A DNA stretch of 33,462 bases from IMG/VR virus record IMGVR_UViG_638341087_000016, one strand, 5' to 3'. Positions 9,183 to 17,978 of the stretch are shown piece by piece. Position 1 is the first letter of the stretch; the number at the start of each line of letters is the position of its first letter. This DNA is from a virus (Duplodnaviria > Heunggongvirae > Uroviricota > Caudoviricetes). A model generated the notes under the pieces. The model was not told where the DNA came from. It worked only from the letters and a program-made list of their open reading frames with translations, and searched no databases. Made by a program: the position numbers and the translations under genes.

Positions 9183-10570
9183 CCTGCGTTAAGCTCCTGC
9201 CATTCAGCCAGCTGGGCCGGGGTGATTCCATTGGGGGCGTTGATGTAGGTATCGCCCCACGTTTTACGGTTATCAACAGCGGTTTTGCTGTCGTTTTTAA
9301 CCTGACTCATCAGGCCGCCGCGTGGGATGCCTGCATTAATTCGGTTCCCCGTCAGCACGGACGGGCTGTTTAGCTTCGATGAACCTGCAGCACTGTCAGG
9401 AATGACCGCATTTGCCGGAACGGCAGCCGCTGCCGGTGGCGAAACGGTTTTCAGGTCGATGTTTACGCCGGGGATCTTGTTTAACTTCTCGACAATCCAG
9501 TTATAGGTAGACGCAAAGGTATTTTTGAGGACGTCAAAAAGTTTGCTGAATACCCCGCCGATGGTTTGTGCGAACCCTTCAAAGGTGGCAAGCGGGGAAA
9601 GACCGGCAAAGAAATCAACCACCACGGCCCAGCCGTCTGTGATGGACTGCCAGACCTGCGCAAACACCTGGCCTACCTGTTCAGCGACCGACATCACCCA
9701 GGCAAAAGCCGACGTATCCATGATTGCTGCCGCCAGTTCTTCCCAGTGGGTGATGACATACCAGACCCCCACGGCCAGAAGTGCCAGCCCGGCAACGATC
9801 AGAGTGATCGGACTCATCAGGAGTTGCATTGCCGCCCCGGCAAACATGGTCGCCGCACCGTAAACCCGCATGGCAATGGCTCCGGCCTTTAACGCGATAT
9901 TCCATGCAGCAAGCGCGATGCGGCAGACGCCCGTCCACAGCGCCAGTAATTTTGACTGGATCCACAATGCAGCCAGACCGATGCGCGTCGTCAGCAGGAA
10001 CGGACGCAACAGGTTGAGCGTCCATAACAGGAGTTTCCATGCCCCGCCCAGCACTTTTGCAATTGCGGCCAGCCCTGTCATGGTGAAGCCAAAGACCCCC
10101 ATCACGATATTGACCGCCGCCCCAGCCAACCCGAAGGACAGCACGCCCAGGGTGATGTAACCCAGCCAGCGGGCAATATTCGGGAACATATCCAGCCAGC
10201 GGGCAAATTTTGTCCCTACGTCGGCAATACGGTTCATCAGCGGCGACAGGATAGGGAACAGCGTGTTACCAATCGCCACGCGAATGGCAAAGAATGTCGC
10301 TTTGATACGTTCCCACGGCTCAGCCATTCGTTCGGCCATTTCCTGGGCGCGTTTCATCCCGTCATTTCGGCCCAGCTCGGTGATGCTGCGGTTTAATTTA
10401 TCCTGCTGGCCGTACAGCTTTTTGATAACGTCAGCACCACCACCGAACGCGGCATCCAGCGCCTGTTGTGCCTTGACGTTCCCTTCAATGCTCTGCCCGT
10501 ATTTGTTCTGGAGTTTTTGCAGAATGTCGCCCATCGGCAGCATTTTTCCGGTGGCATCGACAAAGCTCAT
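9179..10570 (-). CDS. Tail tape measure protein, C-terminal portion (downstream of the in-frame TAG)
   Basis: 463 aa with hydrophobic Gly/Ala-rich segments typical of tape measure proteins; the frame stays open upstream from 10570 to 10732. Confidence 0.7.
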   Translation of the reverse strand: MSFVDATGKMLPMGDILQKLQNKYGQSIEGNVKAQQALDAAFGGGADVIKKLYGQQDKLNRSITELGRNDGMKRAQEMAERMAEPWERIKATFFAIRVAIGNTLFPILSPLMNRIADVGTKFARWLDMFPNIARWLGYITLGVLSFGLAGAAVNIVMGVFGFTMTGLAAIAKVLGGAWKLLLWTLNLLRPFLLTTRIGLAALWIQSKLLALWTGVCRIALAAWNIALKAGAIAMRVYGAATMFAGAAMQLLMSPITLIVAGLALLAVGVWYVITHWEELAAAIMDTSAFAWVMSVAEQVGQVFAQVWQSITDGWAVVVDFFAGLSPLATFEGFAQTIGGVFSKLFDVLKNTFASTYNWIVEKLNKIPGVNIDLKTVSPPAAAAVPANAVIPDSAAGSSKLNSPSVLTGNRINAGIPRGGLMSQVKNDSKTAVDNRKTWGDTYINAPNGITPAQLAEWQELNAG

Positions 10571-10732
10571 ACCCAGCTTTTCAGCGGCAGCCGGGGCGCT
10601 GCGTAAAAACTGCTCGTAGATCCCGCTGGCCTCAGTACCCAGCGTGCGCGAAAGCGTACCCAGTACGGCGAACTGTTCATCCAGGCTGACGCCAAAGTCA
10701 GCACCGGCGCTTTTCGTCCCCTCGATAAGCTC

Positions 10733-11293
10733 CTACATGGTCTGCATTTTCACGCCGAAGTTTTGCACCATGTACGCCGTTTTTCCTGCCAGCTCTTCGG
10801 CAAAACGCACATGCCCCAGACTGGACAATTCCGCGTTGAAACGTGACGCCATCGCGCCGATGTATTCGCCTGCCTCTTCGCCGCTGGCCTTGACGCCTGC
10901 GGCCAGGGTATTGGCCGCGATGGTAACGCGGGGCAGGTCCAGATCGGACAGGCCCGCCATTGCGCCTTTCATCGCGTAGCTTGACCGGACCACATCAACG
11001 GCCCCTTTGCCGTAGCGCATACTGAATCGCATGGCTTCGCCGGACATACGCTTCAGCGCGTCCTCTGCTACGCCTTTGGAACCCACTTCTGCAAGCGCGG
11101 CGTTCATCTCATACGCCGGACCCACCACGCCCGCGATGGACTGCGCCACGCCCCAGACAGCCGCCGCACCAATCCCGATTTTTGTAAAAGACTCCTGCGA
11201 TTTTTCAGCAAAGCCAGACAGCGAAGACTGGGCCGTCTTTAATGGCCGCGTCAGCTTATCGATCAGGCTCAGGGTAAAATCCAGGTGGCTCAT
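10733..11293 (-). CDS. Tail tape measure protein, N-terminal portion ending at an in-frame TAG
   Basis: 186 aa in the same frame as 9179-10570; TAG at 10733-10735 verified from the sequence; ATG at 11291-11293. Confidence 0.7.
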   Translation of the reverse strand: MSHLDFTLSLIDKLTRPLKTAQSSLSGFAEKSQESFTKIGIGAAAVWGVAQSIAGVVGPAYEMNAALAEVGSKGVAEDALKRMSGEAMRFSMRYGKGAVDVVRSSYAMKGAMAGLSDLDLPRVTIAANTLAAGVKASGEEAGEYIGAMASRFNAELSSLGHVRFAEELAGKTAYMVQNFGVKMQTM

Positions 11294-11294
11294 A

Positions 11295-11492
11295 TCAGTT
11301 TCCGTTAAATGCGATTGCTATCCCTTCCGCCGTCTTACTGGCGCGGGTCTGGGCGAAATATTCATCCAGCCACAGGGCGCGGGCGATGCTTTCTTCGTCG
11401 TCGTCTTCGTGCGGGAGGTAATAGCGGCGCAAGGCAAGGTATTGCTCCAGGGCATTCGTGCGAATGGCCGCTACCCGCGCCGTCAGTTTTTT
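11295..11492 (-). other. Candidate -1 programmed frameshift extension of the tail assembly chaperone
   Basis: mRNA reads GUA AAA AAC UGA at the chaperone end (slippery A_AAA_AAC at 11486-11492); the -1 frame is open for 63 codons to a TGA at 11295-11297; the +1 frame is also open across this gap, so the direction rests on the slippery heptamer. Confidence 0.55.
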
Positions 11493-11752
11493 ACTTCGAT
11501 CTCAAGTTTTGGGGAGTAAATTTCGTTAACCTTCTCGACGATCTGCATTTCGCAGCCCGGATAATCTTCCATCAGCTTGTTGAGCGCCTCTTTACACTCG
11601 GCATCAACAATGCGGCCCAGATACGTCACCATTGGGGCAACTTTATTGGTCATGGTCATTTCGTTAAGCAGGTTGTTGAACGCGGTTTTATTCGGCTCAA
11701 AGCTCAGATTTACGCCCGCCACGGTCATGGCGATTTTTTTCGATTTGCTCAT
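11483..11752 (-). CDS. Tail assembly chaperone
   Basis: 89-aa ORF immediately upstream of the tape measure gene, ending in a slippery heptamer. Confidence 0.6.
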   Translation of the reverse strand: MSKSKKIAMTVAGVNLSFEPNKTAFNNLLNEMTMTNKVAPMVTYLGRIVDAECKEALNKLMEDYPGCEMQIVEKVNEIYSPKLEIEVKN

Positions 11753-12045
11753 TGTGCTAATTCCTTACGTTGTCGAATGATGCCCACCAGGGCGTTATGT
11801 CGGGCGGCGCAGTCGGTATACATCAGCCGGTAGGCTTTCAGCGCCGCGTCAAAGTCACTTCCGGTCGGTCCGGCCAGACGTGGCAACGTGACCGGGCAAA
11901 GTGCCAGCTGGTTTTCCTGATAATTTTCGTTCGGCTTGATCTGCACTTTCGTTGAACAACCGGACGTAATCATCAGAAGCACAAACATTGCTAAAAACCG
12001 ATTTAATGGTTTCCGTGCGGATAACCCGTTCCGTATGAATTTCAT
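11749..12045 (-). CDS. o-spanin (Rz1-like outer-membrane lipoprotein)
   Basis: 98 aa with a positively charged N-region, hydrophobic core and MITSGC lipobox; starts inside the i-spanin gene and extends past its end. Confidence 0.6.
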   Translation of the reverse strand: MKFIRNGLSARKPLNRFLAMFVLLMITSGCSTKVQIKPNENYQENQLALCPVTLPRLAGPTGSDFDAALKAYRLMYTDCAARHNALVGIIRQRKELAQ

Positions 12046-12238
12046 TGGCCCTCAGCTCCGCGAGTTTTGCTTCCAGCGCTTCACCAGACTGCTGTGTCAC
12101 CTCAACAACAATCTGGCGCGTTTGTTCTGCCGCTTCACTGGCAGCGAGTTTCAGCTTTGCGTCGTGCCAGTCATGCGCCTGCCAGCCCGCTGACATTGCA
12201 GCTGCCAGAATCAGCAAAAGACCCAGCAAATTGCGCAT
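11855..12238 (-). CDS. i-spanin (Rz-like)
   Basis: 127 aa with an N-terminal TM helix (LLGLLLILAAAMSAGW) and a charged helical periplasmic region; follows the endolysin gene. Confidence 0.6.
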   Translation of the reverse strand: MRNLLGLLLILAAAMSAGWQAHDWHDAKLKLAASEAAEQTRQIVVEVTQQSGEALEAKLAELRANEIHTERVIRTETIKSVFSNVCASDDYVRLFNESADQAERKLSGKPAGTLPGHVATSGRTDRK

Positions 12239-12576
12239 CAGCGAACCCCGTTATGCTCAAGACTGAAATGGTTCCCGTCCGGCTTACTGAAACGTCCACC
12301 CCACGATCCGCCGATAGATTCCCAGTATTCGCCCAGGGGGCGATATGCGGCGCTGTCGGTCTGGTATTCGCCGTTAATAAACAGGTTAAAATCCACCGCA
12401 AGGCGCTGGGTATGCAGGCTGTTAGTAATGCCGCTCCCTTTTTTTGCGTTAAGCGCGGCCTGTTCCGGCGTGCGGTACGCTTCGCCAAACGTCAGGCGAT
12501 AGCCTTTTTCCTGGGCAAAATGAATCAGGCTGGCGATCATCACCGTAAAAAGTTGCTGTTTTTCACTCAGTTTCAT
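12238..12576 (-). CDS. Endolysin, peptidase M15-type
   Basis: 112 aa with Zn-ligand spacing H-x6-D (SLHTQRLAVD) and a second His (DGNHFSLEH), characteristic of M15 peptidoglycan peptidases. Confidence 0.75.
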   Translation of the reverse strand: MKLSEKQQLFTVMIASLIHFAQEKGYRLTFGEAYRTPEQAALNAKKGSGITNSLHTQRLAVDFNLFINGEYQTDSAAYRPLGEYWESIGGSWGGRFSKPDGNHFSLEHNGVR

Positions 12577-12874
12577 TGCGCTTGCTCCCCCATCGCTTGA
12601 TATACATGTCCAGGCAGCGCTTTAGCCCCGCCTCAATAAACGCACTTCCCAGAATGCCCAGGGCGCAGGCCAGCCCAATGACGACCAGTTCCGGCATATC
12701 GGGGAATTTCAGCAGCGGGATTGCGGCCAGCGGTGCGACTGCAGATCCCAGAATCATCCGCCCGACCAGCAGACGGGTTGTGATTCGCTCATTGCTGACC
12801 ATCAGTTGCCCCAGGCCGATCACGGCCCCGATAAGCAACAGCTTTTCAAGCAGTGACGTTTCTCCGTTCATCAT
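12563..12874 (-). CDS. Holin (P2 gpY-like)
   Basis: 103-aa membrane protein resembling the P2 Y holin (TTRLLVGRM, LLKFPDMPEL); directly upstream of the endolysin. Confidence 0.65.
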   Translation of the reverse strand: MMNGETSLLEKLLLIGAVIGLGQLMVSNERITTRLLVGRMILGSAVAPLAAIPLLKFPDMPELVVIGLACALGILGSAFIEAGLKRCLDMYIKRWGSKRNETE

Positions 12875-12878
12875 CGTG

Positions 12879-13334
12879 TCAGCCTTTCAGATCTCGAGTG
12901 TCACGGGCTGACAGGTACGGCACGCCGTCAATCGCGACAAAGTCCGGGCTTGTCACCATGAATTTAATTTTTTTCGTGGTTTTGCTGGCCTCGTTGGGGT
13001 TGATGTTGACGATGTCGGACAGCGTCGGAACACAGCCAAACACCTCGATTTTTTCTTCGTCATCCCCCGCATTGGCATAGAACAAAAAGTCCTTTGCCGG
13101 AATGGCTCGCCAGGAACCTGCGGCACGGGCAACGGCGGTAAACTTTTTAAAGCTCTGGGAATCGACTTCGACTTCCACATCCGCCGAAACTGACCCTTTC
13201 GTGTGGCCGTTCGGGATGCCACGCGACTGCGCAACGGCGCTGTTATCCGTAATGGTGACGGTGGCGTTTTCGACGTGAATCATGATGCTGTCGTAGTTCA
13301 CATCGAACGATCCGCCGCTAATACGTTCAGTCAT
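12879..13334 (-). CDS. Tail tube protein
   Basis: 151-aa ORF immediately downstream of the sheath gene; size and position fit a contractile-tail tube. Confidence 0.65.
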   Translation of the reverse strand: MTERISGGSFDVNYDSIMIHVENATVTITDNSAVAQSRGIPNGHTKGSVSADVEVEVDSQSFKKFTAVARAAGSWRAIPAKDFLFYANAGDDEEKIEVFGCVPTLSDIVNINPNEASKTTKKIKFMVTSPDFVAIDGVPYLSARDTRDLKG

Positions 13335-13337
13335 TGA

Positions 13338-14480
13338 TTAGCTCTCCAGTGAGGTGTCCAGTTCGATGCTGACGCTGATTTCTTTCGCGCTCTCATACGG
13401 TCGAACCACAAGGTAAATCTGTACCGCTTCGCTACTGGTCCAGGTGATGGTGATGTCTCCGTCCTTTGGTGGCTTCACTTCGCCCGGAAATTCGACGCCA
13501 TTGATCTGGGTTGAAATCGCCATTTCACGCAGCGGCTTGCCGAAATAGGTTTCATGCGCGGCAATGCTGCCCGGTGTGCTGTTCAGTGAACGATCGGCAA
13601 TTTTGGGGATAGCACGCAGACGGACGCGTCGGGATGCTTTATCAACCACGCGCACGTTTTCAATGACCTGATAATCGCCGCCTTCAACGTCCAGGGTGCG
13701 ACCGTCAGCCCAGTAGATGCCGTCATAGTCGTGATACCACATCGGCACGCTGTAGCGGTTCACCTGCAGGGACTGCAACACGGACAGATCAATTTCGGCT
13801 CCCGTCCCGTCAACCGGCAGTTTGTCACGCCCCAGCGCGGTGACTGCGCCGGTTGCAACGCGGGCGGGGCTGTCTGCCACCGTCACCGAACGGTTACACA
13901 AGCGACCGGCCAGGACGCCGGGTTCATTGCCCCACAGACGCGGGACCAGTTGCACACCCGGTGACGCAATACCGTCCTGGAGTTGTGCCAGGCGCGTCAC
14001 ATAATCGGCCCATGCTTCGCCCTGTTTCGGCCCGCCTATCGCAAGGCCAAACCAGATAAATCGCCCATAATTAGCCTGCAAGGTGATACGCATTTCCGTT
14101 GCACGGTTGATGGTTGCCACTTCGTCGGTATCAAATACCAGGAAAACCCCTTCCACGGATGCCACGCTCTGGGCCATCTTGACCGCGTTCATCCAGTCTT
14201 CATCTGGTTTATAGCCCTCGGCTTCCTTGTCTGGTTCTGCCAGCACATGCACGTAAGCAAACCAGTTCTGACCGGCGTTATTGGCCGCTGCGGCCACCAT
14301 ATTTTTTAACGGGCTGTCTTTGTCGCCCAGGGCTTTATCCAGATCGCTGCCGGTATTCAGCGACTGGGTTTTCCCGATGTTAGTGTCGCCGTAACCCACA
14401 AAGAGGATGACGCGCTCGACGTCGTTCGTTGTGCCGTTGAAGCGGTTGTTCTGACTGACGTTGACATTCGGCCAGGTCAT
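13338..14480 (-). CDS. Tail sheath protein (non-P2 type)
   Basis: 380-aa ORF preceding the tube gene; does not resemble P2 FI as I recall it; assigned by position and size. Confidence 0.65.
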   Translation of the reverse strand: MTWPNVNVSQNNRFNGTTNDVERVILFVGYGDTNIGKTQSLNTGSDLDKALGDKDSPLKNMVAAAANNAGQNWFAYVHVLAEPDKEAEGYKPDEDWMNAVKMAQSVASVEGVFLVFDTDEVATINRATEMRITLQANYGRFIWFGLAIGGPKQGEAWADYVTRLAQLQDGIASPGVQLVPRLWGNEPGVLAGRLCNRSVTVADSPARVATGAVTALGRDKLPVDGTGAEIDLSVLQSLQVNRYSVPMWYHDYDGIYWADGRTLDVEGGDYQVIENVRVVDKASRRVRLRAIPKIADRSLNSTPGSIAAHETYFGKPLREMAISTQINGVEFPGEVKPPKDGDITITWTSSEAVQIYLVVRPYESAKEISVSIELDTSLES

Positions 14481-14482
14481 TT

Positions 14483-15178
14483 TTACCCCCTGATTTGCTG
14501 CGCGTTGACGTCCCAGCCGAAGCCGATTGCCTGCATTTGCCGCGCAATAATTTGGTTAAATTCGTCGTTGCTCACCCCCAGAAAAACGCGCCCAGGAATA
14601 TCAATGGTCCATGTGCGTTTTGAGGGTGTGCCTTTCAGTTTTCGAATCAGTAATCCCGCCTGGGCCATGCTCATGGTTTCCATGATTTGCTTGCTGGACG
14701 GCTTAACCCAGCGTTTGCCCTTGCGGGTTTTGTAACCCAGCGCCCGCAGACGCTTGGCCTGTCGCGGTAGCGCTGGCTTGTCAGCCTGCGGCTTACGCGG
14801 GGCGTTACTGGCTTTCATCTGGATCCGTGCGCCGTCCTGCTGGACCGCGCCGACCAGACCCGCCGCGATGGGCTTCGTCCCGTTCCGGTAGTTCCCGCCC
14901 TTGAGGTAAATTCTTACCCCCTGAATCTCCGGCATTTCGCGCACGGCCAACAGCTTGGGCAGCCCTTTTAACATCTTCCCTTTGCCACGCTTGCGCGGCT
15001 CCCACGGCGTACCGTCCGGGGCCGCCTGCTGGCGCTGGTGACGTTTTGCCGCTGCGACAATGCCCAGCTTTGCAATACGCCATAAAAGGCGCTGGCGCTT
15101 ACGCGGGGGAAGGTCAGCTTTTGCCAGCGTTTCCCGCATCTGCTTTAGCTGTTGCTGGTTCAGCTCCCCACGGATCAC
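14483..15178 (-). CDS. Virion morphogenesis protein (gpS-like)
   Basis: 231 aa; N-terminal RKRQRLLWRIAKLGIVAAAKRHQRQQAAPDGTPW resembles the P2 gpS pattern. Confidence 0.6.
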   Translation of the reverse strand: MIRGELNQQQLKQMRETLAKADLPPRKRQRLLWRIAKLGIVAAAKRHQRQQAAPDGTPWEPRKRGKGKMLKGLPKLLAVREMPEIQGVRIYLKGGNYRNGTKPIAAGLVGAVQQDGARIQMKASNAPRKPQADKPALPRQAKRLRALGYKTRKGKRWVKPSSKQIMETMSMAQAGLLIRKLKGTPSKRTWTIDIPGRVFLGVSNDEFNQIIARQMQAIGFGWDVNAQQIRG

Positions 15179-15651
15179 GACGCGTCACCACGCTGGACAA
15201 TAAATTCCAGTTGCGACGCCTCCCAGATTTCGGGGTTTACGATGTCCCATTTCTTGCCCTTGAAAGGGATCGGCCCTTTTTCCACTTCACGCAGGACCAG
15301 CGGATCAACCAGCGGGACAACCACATCCAGAATGCATGACCCTTCGTCGTCGAACTCCGGGTCCACGGTGGGATCGGCTAACTTCAGTTCGTCGCGCAGC
15401 TCGTTGGCGAACTCATCCACCCAGGCCAGCACCAGGGCATAAATCAGCCCCGGCGAATATTTGCGGTAGGGGAAGTCATCCCACGACAAACGGGCGGTGT
15501 AAGTCAGCACTCCGATCCGGCGCTGGTTGTTTCCCAGCGCTTTGGCGTTGCGTACCAGCTCGCAATCCTCCATTGAACTGGAAAACATCTGCATGGCATC
15601 AGGCGGCAGATTTGCCGTAATAAACGCCGTCAGGCTTTCAAGCTGGCTCAT
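15175..15651 (-). CDS. Tail completion protein (gpR-like)
   Basis: 158 aa containing a LVLAW motif as in P2 gpR; overlaps L and the S-like gene. Confidence 0.6.
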   Translation of the reverse strand: MSQLESLTAFITANLPPDAMQMFSSSMEDCELVRNAKALGNNQRRIGVLTYTARLSWDDFPYRKYSPGLIYALVLAWVDEFANELRDELKLADPTVDPEFDDEGSCILDVVVPLVDPLVLREVEKGPIPFKGKKWDIVNPEIWEASQLEFIVQRGDAS

Positions 15652-16121
15652 ATCAGATGCACCCCCACGCGTGGTTGCCGCAGCATGTTTCGCATCACGT
15701 TGGCCGCCTCGGCCAGCAGGCTGGCGCGGGTGTCCTGGCTTTCCTGCCCCGGATGCGATTCACGCCGCCCGATGGTGGCGAACTCCCCCAGCAAATCGGC
15801 CTTTGCGCGGGCGTAGACCGCTTTTTTGTACTGGGCTGTTAACTGGGTTTCGTCGCCCATCTTTGCACCCGGTACATCTGCAGCCCGCTCGCAGGCTTTC
15901 GCGTTCCAGTACGTCACCACGTCGGCCAGCGCGTCGTTTACTTCCGCAATAGCAGCCAGCAGGGCCACGCCTGCGGTTTCTGGCGGCAGATCGGCGGGTA
16001 GCGTGCGCACCTTCTGAAACTCGGCCAGATCGAGATCGGGCCAGAATGTCACGCCGTTGGTGATCGCTGTTGGCGTCACCGTCACCGGCTTGCCGCTGAT
16101 ACTGAAACTTGGGCCACTCAT
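15648..16121 (-). CDS. L: Head completion/stabilisation protein L
   Basis: Follows M as in P2; start set to the ATG at 16119-16121, which has GAGG 7 nt upstream, rather than the longer ORF start at 16181. Confidence 0.75.
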   Translation of the reverse strand: MSGPSFSISGKPVTVTPTAITNGVTFWPDLDLAEFQKVRTLPADLPPETAGVALLAAIAEVNDALADVVTYWNAKACERAADVPGAKMGDETQLTAQYKKAVYARAKADLLGEFATIGRRESHPGQESQDTRASLLAEAANVMRNMLRQPRVGVHLI

Positions 16122-16223
16122 TGGCGCACCTCGGTTTTGCAATAGAAATGGGCTAACGGGTTCCACGGCCAACAACCGCATGGTTGATGCCTCCCCCGCG
16201 CCCGTCCCGGCTTGCGGGAGTCG

Positions 16224-16925
16224 TTAAAGCTGGGTCAGGCCGTTAATCCGGGCGCGGATTTTTTCGCGCATGGTCTTAACTCCGGCGTTTTTGTTGTACG
16301 CCGCCGCCTGGGCCAAAAGGGCGTCGGCCTGCTCCAGCGTGTTCACATCATCCACGGCAGTGGCACGCGGCTGCCCCTTCTCGTCGCGCAGCAGGTAAAG
16401 ACCGGCGAACTTGAACCACTTCGCGTTAATGTCTTCGTGCAAACGCCACTTTTCGCGGATGTTTTCAAACGTGCGGCTGAAATAGGGTTCGATGCTGTGA
16501 CCGGCTTCCGCCTGCATGATCGCCCACTCCAGCACCGTGTCGGCCACAAAGGCAGGCAGGTTGCTTTTGAAGTTTTCCGGCGTGGCCTGGCTCTCACTGA
16601 TAGCCACGTCAGCCCAGTCCAGCGCCTTGCCCATTTCCCCCGTATCGAACAGCCAGATCACGCAGTAAACCAGGGCCGGATTGGCAAAGCGGGCATCACC
16701 GGCGAGATATGCCTCGACGGTCGGCATCCAGCGCGGCAAAAGAACGTCGCGCTTCATGTCCATGCGTTCTGCACGCGTCAGACTGCGAAGCCGTTCAACA
16801 TCCCTTTCCAGCTCCAGCATTTGAATGTGAAAGCTGACCGGCGATGCCGTCAGGGCTTCGCACTTATCCAGCGCCTTTGTGGCTTTCACGCGTGCTCGGT
16901 GTCGCTGACACGGGGTCATGGCCAT
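16224..16925 (-). CDS. M: Terminase small (endonuclease) subunit M
   Basis: 233 aa with the P2 gpM pattern; position between N and L. Confidence 0.8.
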   Translation of the reverse strand: MAMTPCQRHRARVKATKALDKCEALTASPVSFHIQMLELERDVERLRSLTRAERMDMKRDVLLPRWMPTVEAYLAGDARFANPALVYCVIWLFDTGEMGKALDWADVAISESQATPENFKSNLPAFVADTVLEWAIMQAEAGHSIEPYFSRTFENIREKWRLHEDINAKWFKFAGLYLLRDEKGQPRATAVDDVNTLEQADALLAQAAAYNKNAGVKTMREKIRARINGLTQL

Positions 16926-16927
16926 TT

Positions 16928-17950
16928 TTACGCGCCCCCTCCCGGTGCAACTTCGCCGGTCGCAAGGGTGATTTTGTCGAATGCCGCATACAGCTCGTCA
17001 TGCTCGACGCCGTAACCTTCCATGCGCAGATAGTTATTCTCGAAGCGCTTGCGGTCGTCGTTCCATTCCGCTTTACGCTTACGTGTGCCCTGCTGGGTAT
17101 AGATATGCAGGTTGTCCAGCGTGGTGACGATAAGGCGCCCCTCCGGCATAAACGGCGGGGTGTACACGGTACGGCCAGCAATCTGGCGGCCAATAAGCTG
17201 CGCGGCGACTTTCTCAGTCGGGCGATCAATCTTATTCATCATGGTGGTGGCGTCGTTGCCGATAAGGTCAGCGGAAGCCAGCACAACCAGGCGCGGGTCA
17301 TTGCGGAATGGCTCATAAATGCAGGTGTGCACCAGGTCAGTGACTGCCGCATCCAGACCAATAAAGTCAGCACCCGACGCGCCGATAGTGACGGCATCAG
17401 AAATAATCTGCTCAGATGAACGGTCTTTAACGATTTTGTGCCAGCCGATGTTGACGTCTTCGCCATTCGGGTTGGCTTCCGGGTCTGTATCTTCTGCAAC
17501 ACTCGTTCCGTTGAACGCCACGCGCAGCATATCCAGCGCGAAAGATTCGTTGCTGAATGCCTGAATACGCTGGAAGAACTCCTCTTCGCTGCCCGCGTTC
17601 GCCCAGACAACCAGCAGGGAGTAAGGCAGATACGAACCGGAATCCGTTTCTACCAGCTTGTACTCGTTACCGGACACGCCCAGGGCGCGGGAGAAACGAC
17701 CATCTTTTTTACGCCCGGTGTAAATACCCGGTTTACCGGTGCTGACCACCTGGCCGGTGATCTGGTCCACATCCAGCACATTGGGCAGCAGGCGCAGGAA
17801 CTCAGAACTTTGCAGCAGGGCATTGCGCAGCTGGGTTTCTTTCGGATTTGTCAGCGAGAAGTAGCGCGACGTGTCCACCTGGCCGTTAGCTTTCGCCAGG
17901 CCTGCGGCAAACTTACGCAGCATCTGCTCTGCTTTTGGGGTTAATTGCAT
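16928..17950 (-). CDS. N: Major capsid protein N
   Basis: 340 aa, P2 gpN-like; position between O and M. Confidence 0.85.
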   Translation of the reverse strand: MQLTPKAEQMLRKFAAGLAKANGQVDTSRYFSLTNPKETQLRNALLQSSEFLRLLPNVLDVDQITGQVVSTGKPGIYTGRKKDGRFSRALGVSGNEYKLVETDSGSYLPYSLLVVWANAGSEEEFFQRIQAFSNESFALDMLRVAFNGTSVAEDTDPEANPNGEDVNIGWHKIVKDRSSEQIISDAVTIGASGADFIGLDAAVTDLVHTCIYEPFRNDPRLVVLASADLIGNDATTMMNKIDRPTEKVAAQLIGRQIAGRTVYTPPFMPEGRLIVTTLDNLHIYTQQGTRKRKAEWNDDRKRFENNYLRMEGYGVEHDELYAAFDKITLATGEVAPGGGA

Positions 17951-17978
17951 AATCTTTTATTCCTGAAAAGAATGGCTG

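Noticed and set aside
9525-10160. Several plus-strand ORFs of 60-120 aa (for example 9525-9863, 9566-9892, 9870-10160) inside the tape measure gene
   Set aside because: They lie antisense within a well-supported minus-strand gene, have Pro/Arg/Cys-rich compositions typical of GC-rich antisense frames, and lack ribosome-binding sites.
16212-17944. Long plus-strand ORFs (16212-17015, 16844-17419, 17438-17944) overlapping M and N
   Set aside because: Antisense to P2-like terminase and capsid genes with strong protein-level support; no independent support.
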